Positions 10,031 through 22,957 of a DNA stretch of 57,696 bases are shown here, piece by piece. How positions within the stretch are numbered: position 1 is the stretch's first letter; every line of letters starts with the position of its first letter. Origin of the DNA: Psammoneis japonica (taxonomy: Eukaryota). The position numbers and the translations under genes are program-made. The DNA lies in contig QPGO01000157.1 in the NCBI GenBank assembly GCA_008632985.1, forward strand, positions 124,001-181,696, read 5' to 3'. The notes under the pieces are model-generated. The model made no database searches. It saw nothing but the letters and a program-made list of their open reading frames with translations, and had not been told where the DNA came from.

Positions 10031-13000
10031 AAGCCAGAGCCCCATCTGCAACATGTTTTTGCTGTCAATGAGAAGATCAGTTGACAAGAAACACAATTTC
10101 TGTGCCTGTGATTGTGCTCTGCACAGGTGTCACTGCAGCTCTGAGAACAATGTTCAGATGCTGGCCCATTCATTTTCAGCCACAAATCTGGCATTGCCAA
10201 AGTTGACATTTGGGTTGACAGCCAATTTTTCCAATGGCCATGGATTTGCAATGTGTTTTGTTTTGTGGCCCAGCACCTTGCTCAGATTTGATTTATTTGT
10301 TTGAAGAGGAGCTGCCGCTTGGTTGCCCGTTGAATCTTCTTTTCAGCATTTCTGCTGCATTTGTCTCTTGCACGACAATGGTGCAACCCTGTTGCAACTC
10401 ACTGTGTGACCTCATTGCATGTCTGACAAAAATGGAAAAAAATTGTTGAACCAGCCCCTTTTTGATGACAGTGCAGCACAAACTTGAATCCTCCCCTTCT
10501 GTCAAATGTCAATTTGCACTCTGGAGTTAAGCTCACAATGTCTGAGGTGCAGCCCCCACAATGGCCATGTTGTCACTTGCTCCCCTGCCATCATGAATGC
10601 TTGCCAACTGGTTTCACCTTGTCATGACATCCCAATTTGACAAACCCCAATGTCAACCCAGATTGCAGCATGTGTCAATCTACACTTCACGCAAAGTCAA
10701 TTTGAAGCTGTCGGTTGACAACAAATGTGCCACACAAGCACTTTTTTGAGCACCAAGTTGTCAGGGGGGCTGACATGGCTGTGATTTGATTTGGTGTTTT
10801 GTGTTGGTCCATGCTTGCACAGTGCACTCTGTTTTGGATGTGACAGCACAGATTTCACACCAAACATGTCCGCTGTCTGCACAGCTCTTTTTTGTTTTTG
10901 TCTCTTGCAGAAGATTGCAGAGGGTTGTTTGGATGCCATGCTTGTCAAAGTGAAGGCACCAATTTTGCTTGTTGTTGGAGAGAAGCAAGGGCGAGCATTC
11001 TCTGCACACCCAACTCCAGGCCCAGACTCACAAGTGACAGCAACCAAGGCTTTGATGATGGAAAACTCATTTGATGTTGAGACTTTGTGCAAAGGTCAGC
11101 AGCATGAACAACGATTGGCGCCACATTGCAACAACTGTGTCGTCAATGAGAATGGCCACAAAAACCCACTCAACAACTTTCATGGCAGGAAAGCTTGACA
11201 AGAAGCCTCCAAAAATTGTGTGGCACACAACAAACAAAGCTCAACTTCACATTTTGGCTCACATCTCAACCAATCCTTCCATGAGATTTGTTCTTGCTTG
11301 AGCTCTAGATCAGGATAAAATGGAAGATGACTGGCCCAGCTGCAGCAGGTTTTCTTTCCTTCCAACAAAGAGAAAATGGTTTCAAAAATCAGGCACCTCT
11401 GAAAATTTCTCTGCTCTCCTCAACAAGCCCCCATTTTGCCACTGCAAAACAACTCCATGTCTCTGGCATTCCCAGCATGTTGCATTTTGAAGTTTTGCTC
11501 ACACCTGCTGTTAAACTCAGCAGTTGAGCCTTTGAATGAGTCACTCTGGAGTTTGGAAATTCAACTCTGCTGCTGTTGCAGACAAGGTGACATGGGGCCA
11601 CAATGCCTCAAGATCAACCTTGCAATGCCCAACCACATTTTTCAAATCTCTCCTGGAGTCTGCCAAGCACTGGCAATGCCCCTCTGGCTGCTTGCAGTTG
11701 TCAGGTTGGTTGGCACTGTCATGGGATCCTTGCACTCTGGAGTTGGGAAAAAAGCAAAGTCGGCTGTGGTTGGGGACAAGATGACATGGGGCCACAACAC
11801 AAGAACAAGATCAACCTTGCAATGCTCAGCTGCAGTTCTCAAAGTCTTGCCCGGGGCCCACCAGAAACCACCAGTGTCCTCAGCTTGCTGTTGTCAGGTT
11901 GGTTGGCACCATCATGGGGTCCTTTCACTCTGGGGGCTTGGAAGCTCATGTTTGCTTCTGTTGGGGACAACACAACATGGGCGGGCCAGCTGCAATGCCA
12001 CAAAAGTCAACCTTCTTGCAATGCTCAGTCACAGCTCTTCAAGTGTTGCCTGGGGTCCATCAGAGACCACCAGCACCTCAGCTTGCTGTTTTGTGAGGCT
12101 GGTTGGCACCATCATGGGGCCCTTTCTTTCACCCTTGAGCTCAGAAACTCATGTCTGCTTTTGTTGGGGACAAGGTGAAACAGGGCCACAACACTGCAAG
12201 ATTGACCTTGTGGTTCTTGAATCACACCTGGGGCCACTGGACACTGCCAATGCACTCAGCTTGCAGCTGTCAGGTTGGCTGGTGTCATCATACAGTCCTC
12301 TCACTCTGGGTTTGGCAGCTCAAGTCTGCTGCCATTGAGGACAAGGTGACATCATGGGGCCACAACACCACAAGATCAATCTTGCAATGCCCAACAACAG
12401 CTCTCAGAGTGTCACCTGGAGGGTCTGTCAGATGCCACCAGTGTCCTCAGCTTGCAGCTGTTTTGTGTTGACTGGCACCACCATGTTGCCCTTTTGCTGC
12501 AGAGTTGGGAAGCTGAAGTCTGTTTCTCCTGCTGGGACAAAAGGCGATGCAGGGGGGCACAAGTGCACAACAGGCATCGCACTGCTCAACCATGGTTGTT
12601 GTGGACAGTGTCTCCTGGGATCCACAAGAGACCACCAATGTCCTTGGCTTGTGCAGTTGTCTGGTTGGCACCATCCTCAGGCAGTCCTTTCACTCTGGAG
12701 TTGGGACTTTGAAGTTTGAGCTGTGATGTTTCTGGGTGAAAGGGTGCAACAAGGCACCACAGTTGCACAATGCTGGTCTTGCACTGCTCAGCGCTTGCAG
12801 CGCCACAGTTCTTGGAGTGTTGCCTGGGGTCTGAAAAGGACCACCCATTGTTGTGCCCCCAGCCTGCTGTTGTTGCTTGTTGGGTTGGTGGGTGCTGCCA
12901 TCATGGGGCCACTTCACTCTGAAGCTGAAGAGCTCAAGTCTTTGCCAACCTGCTGGGCACAGCTTGGTGTCTGCAGCCACTTGCACAACCAACTCTGTGA

Positions 13001-15750
13001 CTTGAGATGGGTGCATGTGTGACATTGATTGGTGCTTTGCATTGTCATTTTCACAATGAAGAAAAGCTCTTTACTTTCAAGATCCAGCATCACAAGGTTC
13101 ATTCAAAGATGTTGACTGTTTGAAATTTCAGGGGTGAAAGTGGTGGAAAATGTGTTCAGAAGCATGCACCATGCCATCAATGGAAGTGTTGAGCATGCTG
13201 TGTTTGCACTCTCCACACACTGTTTCCAACCAAATGCATTTCTTGCATGCCAGAAGAAGAGCAGGACAGACAGCAGATGACTCAATGTGAATGATGGGTT
13301 GTCACATCACTGAAAAGGTGACTCAATGATGTCATTGTGTGTGTCAAGAGCAGCAGATCCAAGCGTGCTTCTCTGAGTCAGGTGAAAAGACAGTTGATCA
13401 AGCAGAGCCCCATCTGCAACATGTTTTTTTGCTGTCAATGAGAAGATCAGTTGACAAGAAACACAATTTCTGTGCCTGTGATTGTGATCTGAAGAGGTGT
13501 CGCACAACATTTTGAAAAAATTGATGAAGGTGGTCACTGCAGCTGCAGCTTTGAGAACAACATTTTGATGCTGGCCAATTTTCAGCCACAAATCTGGCAT
13601 TGCCAAAGTTGACATTTGGGTTGACAGCCAATTTTTCCAATGGCCATGGATTTGCAATGTGTTTTGTTTTGTGGCCCAGCACCTTGCTCAGATTTGATTT
13701 GTTTGTTTGAAGAGGAGCTGCCGCTTGATTGCCCGTTGAATCTTCTTTTCAGCATTTCTGCTGCATTTGTCTCTTGCATGACAATGGTGCAACCCTGTTG
13801 CAACTCACTGTGACCTCATTGCATGTCTGACAAAAATGGAAAAAAATTGTTGAACCAACCCCTTTTCAATGACAGTGCAGCACAAACTTGAATCCTTCCC
13901 TTCTGTCAAATGTCAGTTTGCACTCTAGAGTTGAGCTCACAACGTCTGAGGTGCAGCCCCCACAATGGCCATGTTGTCACTTGCTCCCCTGCCATCATGA
14001 ATGCTTGCCAACTGGTTTCACCTTGTCATGACATCCCAATTTGACAAACCCCAATGTCAGCCCAGATTGCAGCATGTGTCAATCTGCACTTCACGCAAAG
14101 TCAATTTGAAGCTGTCGGTTGACAACAAATGTGCCACACAAGCACTTTTTTGAGCACCAAGTTGTCAGGGGGGCTGACATGGCTGTGATTTGATTTGGTG
14201 TTTTGTGTTGGTCCATGCTTGCACAGTGCACTCTGTTTTGGATGTGACAACACAGATTTCACACCAAACATGTCCACTGTCTGCACAGCTCTTTTTTGTT
14301 TTTGTCTCTTGCAGAAGATTGCAGAGGGTTGTTTGGATGCCATGCTTGTCAAAGTGAAGGCACCAATTTTGCTTGTTGTTGGAGAGAAGCAAGGGCAAGC
14401 ATTCTCTGTGCACCCAACTCCAGGCCCAGACTCATGAGTGACAGCAACCACCAAGGCTTTGATGATGGAAAACTCATTTGATGTTGAGACTTTGTGCAAA
14501 GGTCAGCAGCATGAACAACGATTGGTGCCACATTGCAACAACTGTGTCATCAATGAGAATGGCCATAAAAACCCACTCAACAACTTTCATGGCAGGAAAG
14601 CTTGACAAGAAGCCTCCAAAAATTGTGTGACACACAACAAACAAAGCTCAATTTCACATTTTGGCTTGCATCTCAACCAACCCTTCCATGAGATTTGTTC
14701 TTGCTTGAGCTCTAGATCAGGATAAAATGGAAGATGACTGGCCCAGTTGCAGTGGGTTTTCTGTTTTCTTTCCTTCCAACAAAGAGAAAATGGTTTCAAA
14801 AATCAGGTGTCTCTGAAAATTTCTCTGCTCTCCTCAACAAGCCCCCATTTTGCCACTGCAAAACAACTCCATGTCTCTGGCATTCCCAGCATGTTGCATT
14901 TTGAAGTTTTGTTCACCTGCTGTTGCACCCAGCAATCATGCCTTTGAATGGGTCACTCTGGAGTTTGGAAACTCAACTCTGCTGCTGTTGCAGACAAGAT
15001 GACATGGGGCCACAATGCCTCAAGATCAACCTTGCAATGCCCAACCGGCTGCAACACCACAAGATCAATCTTGCAATGCCCAACAACAGCTCTCAGAGTG
15101 TCGCCTGGGGGTCTGTCAGATGCCACCAGGCCCAGTGTCCTTGGCTTGCAGCTGTTTTGTGTTGACTGGCACCACCATGTTGCCCTTTTGCTGCAGAGTT
15201 GGGAAGCTAAAGTCTGTTTCTCCTGTCAGGACAAAAGGTGGTGCAGGGGGCCACAAGCACACACAACAGGCATCACACTGCTCAGCCATGGTTGTTGTGG
15301 ACAGCGTCATCTCCTGGGATCCACAAGAGACCGCCAATGTCCTTGGCTTGCAGTTGTCTGGTTGGCACCATCCTCAGGCAGTCCTTTCACTCTGGAGTTG
15401 GGGCTTTGAAGTTTGAGCTGCGATGTTTCTGGGTGAAAGGGTGCAACAAGGCACCACAGTTGCACAATGCTGGTCTTGCACTGCTCAGTGCTTGCAACCA
15501 CAGTTCTTGGAGTGTTGGCTCTGGGGTCTGAAAAGGACCGCCAGTTGTCATGCTCCCAGCCTGTTGTTGCTTGTTGGGTTGGTGGGTGCTGCCGTCATGG
15601 GGCCACTTCACTCTAAGCTGAAGAACTCAAGTCTTTGCCAACCTGCTGGGCACAGCTTGATGTTTGCAGCCACTTGCACAACCAACTCTGTGACTTGAGA
15701 TGGGTGCCTGTGTGACATTGATTTGCACTTTGCATTGTCATTTTCACAAT
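10031..15750 (+). repeat. Recent direct duplication: ~10031-13057 vs ~13400-15750 (second copy lacks ~11625-12362)
   Basis: Long near-identical stretches (ORFs 10697-11092 and 14101-14499 are nearly the same). The segment 'caatgagaagatcagttgacaagaaac' occurs three times (~8811, ~10066, ~13436). 13060-13400 also resembles 8395-8790. Confidence 0.92.
11530..12960 (+). repeat. Degenerate tandem array of ~7 units of ~195 bp
   Basis: Anchor 'g(g/a)ggacaag..gacat.gggccacaa...agatcaa.cttgcaatgc...gtcaggttggttggcac...cactctgg' recurs at ~11580, 11772, 11963, 12166, 12337, 12533 and 12733. Confidence 0.8.
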
Positions 15751-18700
15751 TGTGACATTGCGGGAAGGCACTGACAAGACCCAGGACTCAGCACTCACCA
15801 ATGACAAAGAAAAGCTGCCAGAACAAAGGCAAGAGAGGAGGTCAGATTTGTGACACAGGAGCAAGCAGCTTGTTGCAGGAAACAACAACCTGGCATTTTG
15901 TGCTTCCTTGCTTTGTTTCTTGAAACTCCACACAAGTTGTTAAAAACAGCTGAGGATGAGAAACAAAGTGCTGCAACACTGCACACAGGTGAGCAGGAAT
16001 GGCAGCATTGTGGCTGTGATCACAAAAAAAGCACCAAACGGACAACTTCTCTGCTGTTTTTTCCTGGGGATTGGCATCATGTCTCACAATGAAAAGCTGT
16101 CACACAAAAACTGGCTCTCTTTGAAACACAAAAGAGTCAAACATGATGCAATGCCAGCACAGCCAACAACACCAAGATTCAAGACAGATGACTGCAAGAG
16201 ACAATGGGGCAGACAATGAGATGACAGCTTGAATCACAGAGGGGGCAAAAACAATGAACATGGGACAAGAGCATGTGTCACATGTCAAATGTCACCAGGC
16301 TTGAAAGCAACCAGCATTGCTGAAAACCAAAATTAAAAAATGTGCGCCAGTTGACAAACAATGAACAAATGCAATTGCTGGCTTGCTCCAGCCAATGAAT
16401 GACAATGGTTGAAGAGATCAACTCAGGCATGTGCACAGAAAAAAATGAACCAGCACCTTTCACACTGTTGTTCCCCATCACTTTGCCAGCTCAGTCAACA
16501 GTTGACACTCTGACATTCACAATTGTTGCACTGTGGTTGACTTCAAAACAAATCTTGTCAAGAGCCCATGTGCACTGTGACAACAAATTTCCCTGAGCCT
16601 GGTTTCTTCCCACCATGCTGATTTGGCCAATTGTGGCTAAAAAGCCACTCATTCACAGCGAAGGAGCATTTGACCAGAGCACAAACTTCTCATCAAGCAA
16701 ATTTCAACTCTGAACAAAAACAACTTTGTTTTTCAGATGGCGGAGGTGAAAAGAAACTCCTGCAGGCTTGCCTCCCTTGGTTCTCAATGCAGCTTTGCAG
16801 CCAGCACCAGTCTTTGATTTGAAAAACCAAAAGGTTCTGACTGTTGTCATCAAGCACATTGCTTGCTTTCATTTTTGGCAATCCTTCAGATGTGAGGCCT
16901 GTGCAGTTAGGTTGCAAGCTTTGGAAGAGGCACCTTGAGCCTGGAGAGTCATGCCTTCTTAAATGCTGGGCTTCTCCAGCCCCTGTCATGGTCTGTGGCA
17001 AGGAGCAATGCATCCCAGACATTGTGAACAGCTCACATTTGACAAATTGCTTTTGATCCTCACTCATTTGCTTCAACCAACACAGGCACAACATCGTCAA
17101 TTTTTTTTGGCTGGAGGAGAGTCACCAGCCACTGCAAATTGTCAGACTGCTCAGATTGATCATGAGCAGGAAGAAGCGGAGCTGCACATTGCATTTTGGT
17201 GTTTTGGTGAGATTGAGCCTCACAAAGATCACTCTCGAAATGACTTCACACACAAGCCCAAATGTCACAAAGAGGACAATGCCGCCAATGGTTTCCAAGA
17301 GAAAGCTGTGCAACGACAAGGCCCTGTTTGTCTGTTTGTCACACATCAGCCAGACACACATCCAAACAAAAGCCAAAAGCAGCCATCAAGCATCTCACTT
17401 TTTGCAATGGTTGCCAGGCCAACTCAAAGTCAGAGTTGTGGGGTGCTGCAATTTAGTTTTGTGGGTTGTGACTGCCCTTGCCATTCAGCAACATGAAAAA
17501 ATCAAAGAGGTGCGCACTTTCTCTCTGACCAGTTGTGTTCTGCACACAGTTGCAAGGGCTGCTTCCAGTGCCATGCAATGCTTGCAGCTCCAGTGGCTTT
17601 TCACAATTGATGCACTGTCTTTGAAGGTGGCATGTGCTGGCACTCTGCTTGGGCTGATGCTTCTCTCTGTTCTTGACACAGCTGGGGTTGATGTGGGCAA
17701 CAAAATCAAGACATCTGCTTCCAAGCATTTCTCCATTCTGCCACAAGAGCAGAGCAAGCATGCAAGTTCAATGATCCCTGTGGCTGATGGGCACACTCAC
17801 CACCTTCTCCATTGCGGGGGAGCAACAGCCAAAACAAAACCTCCAAGTGCAGCAGCCTCCTCTCCCAAAGCTCAAGACTTTGGATGTTTTTTCAGGGATG
17901 AGCAACATTTTTTGTTGTTGGGTGAATGGCTTGGGTTTTGCCAACAGATCAGATGCAGTCGCTGTGCATGAGTCTTTTGCTTGAGGAGCAATTTTGGAGT
18001 GGTGGCATCAAAAAGCAAATGTTTCAAACCACATCTCTTTCTTTTCTGAGATCTTTGAAACCATGCACCAGCAACTGTCACACAGAGTTTTTGCTGCTGG
18101 GGTTGTCATTGGCAGAGGATCCATTTGACTGGCTTGTCCTGCAGTGGTGCCAACAGGCTTGTCAGGTTTTGCTGATGAGGCCATGGCATGGGTGGCAAAA
18201 ACCCACCCATTGTGCATGGTTTCAGATTTCAGGTTCATGACAGTGGCCACACATTTCAAGAATGCAAGACCAAGATGAGCTTTGGAGCTGGACGGCAGTC
18301 ACAAGAACAGCATTGGTGGAGAGAGTGTGCAATGCACAAGGAGACCAGTTCTGTGCACTGTGGTGCAATGTCACGAAAAAATCTGTCTGCCCCCATTTGT
18401 TCAAGTGCCCCAAAATGCAGACAATGTGAATGTTGGGCCTGGCTGTGTGCACCAGGATTGGAGTCCAACAAGATTGGGCTGGCCACTTGCACTCAATGTC
18501 AATGTGATTGGTGCTGTGTGAAAGAAGCGCAGTGTGTGAGAAGACTCATCCATTGTCAGGAGCTGCATCCTCCATTGACAATGAGCACAAATGCAGCACC
18601 AGCAAAAGAGAAAGAGATGCTGTGCTGCCTTGCCAAGAATGACTTTGGCAGTTCATCACAAGGCCCAAGTTTTGCCTGCAAGCATGCTTGCATGATGCCA

Positions 18701-19742
18701 CCACAGTGCTCATTGAAAAAAAGCTGGGACGTGTCCAAAGAAAAGCCGCTGTTGTGTGCAACATCTGGCCCTCTTTTTGTGCATCCACAATGAGGGATTG
18801 TTGTGCTGTTGGTGCCAACTCAGGGGCCATCACCTCTTGAATGCACAGCCCTCATCCAAAACAACCACATCTCTCTTGCAACAGAAGGAATTGCTGTCAC
18901 AGCAGACAGCGCAATTGCAGATGTCTCATCATGTTGAATGGGCTGCTCAGGAGGCACAGACTGTGGCAATGGAGCAAAGTGGAGACAGGCTTCAGCCAAC
19001 AGTCAATGAGCAAAGTGGGAATGATTGTCAGCATGGGCAACATGACATGACTTGTTGCTCTCTGACTTCTCCTGTTGGGGCTGGAGAGCTGAGGTCAAGG
19101 CCAACGCTCACTGCTTCAGTGTCATCATGAATGATTGGATGTTGTTTCTGAGGATGCAGCACTTGGTTCAAGGAGTAAAAGGTGTTTACAAAACAACATC
19201 CACCCAAGCAATCCTGTGCCACCAAGTGCTTCACAAAGCACAAGGAATGACCAGGTTTGGAGTGCGGGTTCACTCGACCTTTCCTTGGGGCTTGACTGGG
19301 GTAGATTGGCTGTATCTCATTTTTGTTTGTTTGTTTGTTTGTTTGTACCTCATGGATGTGATTGATTGTGAAAGCATCGTGAATTGTGTGGTCTTTCGAT
19401 TCGCTGCGATTTTGTTTGAAACTAGCAACAAGGTTGCTTTTCGTGGCTGCGCATTTATCGTAGAAACCTTCAAGGATGTCGCACATAATTTTTTAATCAG
19501 TATGTCGGATCGCCAAGTTATGGCAACCAATCCAAAAAGCGAGAAACTGATCTCAAAATACGGTGGGACTTCACCTCTAGAGATTATGTAGTGCCTCGAG
19601 TCCCTACCGGTAGTCATAAGCGGCAAACGAGGAGCACAGCACAACAACAGCATAATTGAAACAAACTACTACATGTGTGCTTACTACTCCATGCCTGAAA
19701 AGGTGATTGTAAGTTGCAATGTTGAGCTTTTCGATCTTCCTC

Positions 19743-21014
19743 CTACGTTTTCGTGTCTTGCGCTTCCTTCACAGGAACGTGCTCAGCGACAGCGTCGACA
19801 CTCACAATTTTCTTTTGTGGTAAGATGATACCCGTCAATTGATTGCCATACACAGCGCCCGTATCAAGCCCAATGGCCCAGTCACCAGCATACCGCTGAA
19901 AGCCACGTTTGGCGTCGTGACCAAAGATCACACGCTGGGGTCCCTTCCAGGTTGGAGCCCATGGCAGCGGATGAGGGTCGCCTTCGGTATTGCGTTCTCG
20001 TTTAGAAGCCCGATAGGGAGCATAGGTGCGAGTCACTTTTAGTTGCTTGCCGTCCGTGTCGCCTCCACCTTGGGTGCTGTACACTTCTACTACCTCTCGT
20101 AAATGAATCATATTCGGTACATCCTGATCCTCCACAGGAACACCTGGTATGAATCCGGCGTGTACAACCACTGTGTCTACAGTTTCTTCGTCTCCAAACA
20201 TGGACGCAGGTATTGTAATGGTATAAGGCAAATCACTCATCCACATGACGTCCTTGTCAGACAACACAATCTTGTCAGACGTTTCTGTTGCGTTTCTGTT
20301 TTCTCCCTCTTGCACCCAGTCGTACTTTGGATGTTTTCGTCTGTATTCATTTCCGAGTGCTGCACCTAACGCAGCATTGTCATGATTGCCTCGTACCGCT
20401 AACCAGTTGGGTTCTTGTCGTACAAACCGAATAACTCGAGCCGGAAACGGACCCTTGTTGCACAAGTCACCCACCAAAATGACAAACCGAAAGTCCATAC
20501 CGTCGTTCTCCTCGACGGCCTCCTTGTGGAGGAGCTGCAATTCTTCAAAACAACCGTGCACGTCTCCAATAACTAGAATACCTTTTCGGTCTGGGGAATT
20601 GATTTGATCGTCCGAGTCTTTGAGTACCTTGTGCGTCGTCTTTGGCAGAGGCAACCATCCGTACTTTTGAAAGTAGAAATCCAAAGGAGTCAGGCGTAGC
20701 CGAATGTTTTCATCGTCTTGGACCTCATTGCCTTTTTCCATACCGTTTCTAGGTTGCTGATTTGTTTCAGTTCTTTCCGTCGTAAAGCCATCTTTCTGCT
20801 GCTGCTGCTGTTCGCAAAGCGCAACATTTCGTCGGACTACACCTGCAAAGATACTGCCATGCTGACGGCATGCCGAAAAGTCCCCCGCTCGCCGGTTGGA
20901 CGGACTATTGGTAATGTAGCGATTCAAGAAAAGCGTCTGCCCCAGAACGAGAAACGCTGCGGCAGACGATGCAATTCGACAAGTCAGGAGGGACGAAAGC
21001 AAATGCCTCCTCAT
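19743..21014 (-). CDS. Calcineurin-like metallophosphoesterase, ApaH/PrpE/Ppn2-like, with probable organelle-targeting presequence
   Basis: Motifs GDVHG, GDLCNKGP, RGNHD, VHAG, FGHD and GLDTGAVYGNQLTG. N-terminus MRRHLLSSLLTCRIASSAAAF-LV resembles a signal peptide + AF motif. Confidence 0.88.
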   Translation of the reverse strand: MRRHLLSSLLTCRIASSAAAFLVLGQTLFLNRYITNSPSNRRAGDFSACRQHGSIFAGVVRRNVALCEQQQQQKDGFTTERTETNQQPRNGMEKGNEVQDDENIRLRLTPLDFYFQKYGWLPLPKTTHKVLKDSDDQINSPDRKGILVIGDVHGCFEELQLLHKEAVEENDGMDFRFVILVGDLCNKGPFPARVIRFVRQEPNWLAVRGNHDNAALGAALGNEYRRKHPKYDWVQEGENRNATETSDKIVLSDKDVMWMSDLPYTITIPASMFGDEETVDTVVVHAGFIPGVPVEDQDVPNMIHLREVVEVYSTQGGGDTDGKQLKVTRTYAPYRASKRERNTEGDPHPLPWAPTWKGPQRVIFGHDAKRGFQRYAGDWAIGLDTGAVYGNQLTGIILPQKKIVSVDAVAEHVPVKEAQDTKT

Positions 21015-21281
21015 TCTCTTCAATCGTTTCGCAGTCGCGCACGCTTTTGTAATGATTTGATTCCGCGCCTTATCAACTCAAGCTGCAGTAGTAAAAATGA
21101 ATGCTCGAGCATGTGAACGATCAAATACACGATTCTATGCTCGCATTTGTTTCCCTTTTGTTGCTGTTGGCAAAAACAAACAAGAGTGAAGAGGAAGAAT
21201 ACTGTAAAAGAAAAAAAAATGAGGTGCGGATTGAGTTGCCGCCGCTGACGTACGAGCGAAAGAAAAAAATGAGAAGGACGA

Positions 21282-21370
21282 TGACGTCATGGATTTTAAC
21301 AAAACTAAAAAATGTTGCAAAAAATTGAAAATCGAAAAAGGTAGCTGATGTTTGGGATGACGTCACCAAT
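21282..21370. promoter_or_regulatory. Two TGACGTCA (CRE/bZIP-type) palindromes plus CCAAT in a divergent promoter
   Basis: TGACGTCA at 21282-21289 and 21358-21365, the second followed directly by CCAAT. They lie between the divergent genes starting at 21014 and 21494. Confidence 0.5.
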
Positions 21371-21493
21371 TGAAAAAAGCTGAAAATGAAAAATCGCGAA
21401 ATTGCACCAAAAGCAGAAGATACAATATCATATCTTCAAAACGGGCCAAAGTCAAAGTCAAACACAAAGATACCATCACGTTACCTTACGAAG

Positions 21494-22214
21494 ATGATGA
21501 AGAGAATGCGAATGACATTGACGACGGACATTCTTGTCCTTTCAGCCATCGCCACTGCCTGTTGGTATTTCCTCAGGCGACAACAACGTAAAGCACAAAA
21601 AGAATTATCGACAGAACAACAAGTGCAATTCTCACGGGATGAGTGGGTGTTCGAGTTCCCGTGCTTGACGCATTTCTTTGGCGACTCGTCACCGCGATTT
21701 GTGGGGCTTTTCTTCGCTGCATCCTGGTGTGACGATTGTTGGGAAGTTGTTCCTGTGCTTGAAAAACTGGTTGTCAATGATCAAGACGGCTTGTTTTCAA
21801 TCGTCTATGTCAGCAGCGACACGTCTGCTGAAGAAATGAAGAACTGTACGTCTACCGTATGTTATATTGACTGAAGATGAGGAGTCAGTAATCCTTGTCA
21901 CTCTTAACCAAATCGTATCATTCTCAACTCTGCGTGCCATTGAATTTATTTCCTACGTAGATGTTCCTTCTGTCTTCGACTACATTCCGTTCAATGCAGT
22001 CGAGGAAAGATCAAATCTGAAAAGGTTGTTCAAGACGTGCGCGAAGAAGGAACTGGATGCTCTCGGTATGACGGATCGCTTGCATGGCACCCCCACCTTG
22101 ATTGTAATAGATAAGTTATCTGGTCGAGTTCTAACGGTGAATGGCGTGGATGATATCATGAAGGAAGGTGCCACGCCAGGCACGGTTGCTGACGAATGGA
22201 AGTTGCTGTGCTGA
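21494..22214 (+). CDS. Nucleoredoxin/tryparedoxin-like thioredoxin-fold protein, 2 exons, N-terminal hydrophobic anchor
   Basis: GLFFAASWCDDC active site, IVYVSSD and GTPTLIVID. GT-AG intron 21846-21960 joins the exons in frame (K-N-Y-V-P). Confidence 0.85.
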
Positions 22215-22558
22215 ATTCATACCCAAACGATTTCCTCTGGGCTCTGGCTCTTTTGCTAGATCTATTCATCTTGACTACCACACAATGCTATCCCTTTTGA
22301 CTGGGTAAAGCGCAAGCGAATGTTGTGGTACTTTTGTATGGAGTCAAGAGCACAAGTCGCCACAATAGCTTACCATACACCTACCAAATCCTGAGATAGA
22401 AATTATTAAAAGCCTACTGTACTACTTAGAAGCATACCGATGAAGAGTACCAATCGCTACAAATGCAAATGGTTACTCTGAAGCTTGGCGTTCTTCTCTC
22501 CCGTACCGTACAATTCATGCTGGATCCGAATGCCATTCTCAAACCGAAACCCAGCTTG

Positions 22559-22957
22559 CTACTGCTTTTTGACAGCCTGAAAACTCGCTTCGAATTCTTG
22601 ACATGATTTTCGAAAGCTTTCGCTCTTTGCCTCGACTTCTTTTAACTTTAGTGTCAATTCTTTGCATTCGTGCATGGCCGCGCTTTCCTTCTCAGTGATT
22701 TGCTTCGTAAACTGCTCAATCGCAGCCTCTTGCTTTTGATGTTGTTGCTGTATCTTTTTCAACGATTCTTTCAGCTCTTGCTCATTTTTTTGTGACGATT
22801 CCTTCAACTGGTTGCGAACCTCCATCTCCAACTCATCCCATTGCTTGTTGGCTTGCTCAACGACCCGCTTCACCTGCGCATCTGCGGCGTTTCTCTCCCT
22901 TTCCAGCAGTTGGTTTGCATGCTCTTCTAGCGACACTGACGATTCTTCGGTCGACAT
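22559..22957 (-). CDS. Short coiled-coil ORF (132 aa), possibly a truncated gene
   Basis: E/K/Q-rich heptad-like sequence from an ATG. TGACGTCA lies ~130 bp upstream. Confidence 0.5.
   Translation of the reverse strand: MSTEESSVSLEEHANQLLERERNAADAQVKRVVEQANKQWDELEMEVRNQLKESSQKNEQELKESLKKIQQQHQKQEAAIEQFTKQITEKESAAMHECKELTLKLKEVEAKSESFRKSCQEFEASFQAVKKQ

Larger units (their letters stand above)
5640..19300. mobile_element. Large degenerate repeat/TE-derived block, TpA- and CpG-depleted, internally duplicated
   Basis: Hand count in 8401-9000: 0 TA and 2 CG in 600 bp. Short ORFs are Cys/His/Gln-rich and almost Tyr-free. Contains nested duplications. TE family not identifiable by eye. Confidence 0.7.

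Noticed and set aside
11530..12960. WD40-repeat gene (GH...VAW...LW-like words)
   Set aside because: The ~195-bp unit does not fit ~40-aa repeats, and the words fall in different frames.
16585..16615. Walker A-like GKKPGSGK on the minus strand
   Set aside because: Isolated, imperfect motif in heavily mutated DNA with no supporting helicase or ATPase motifs recognised.
5731..19130. Dozens of Cys/His-rich ORFs resembling zinc-finger or metallothionein proteins (also at 43-46 and 54-56 kb)
   Set aside because: Artefact of composition. Loss of TpA removes TAA/TAG stops and Tyr, and TG/CA excess inflates Cys, His, Gln, Met and Trp. ORFs overlap in all six frames without coherent domains.
5640..19300. 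Classical fungal RIP as the cause of the skew
   Set aside because: RIP converts CpA to TpA and enriches TpA. Here TpA is nearly absent and CpA/TpG are enriched.
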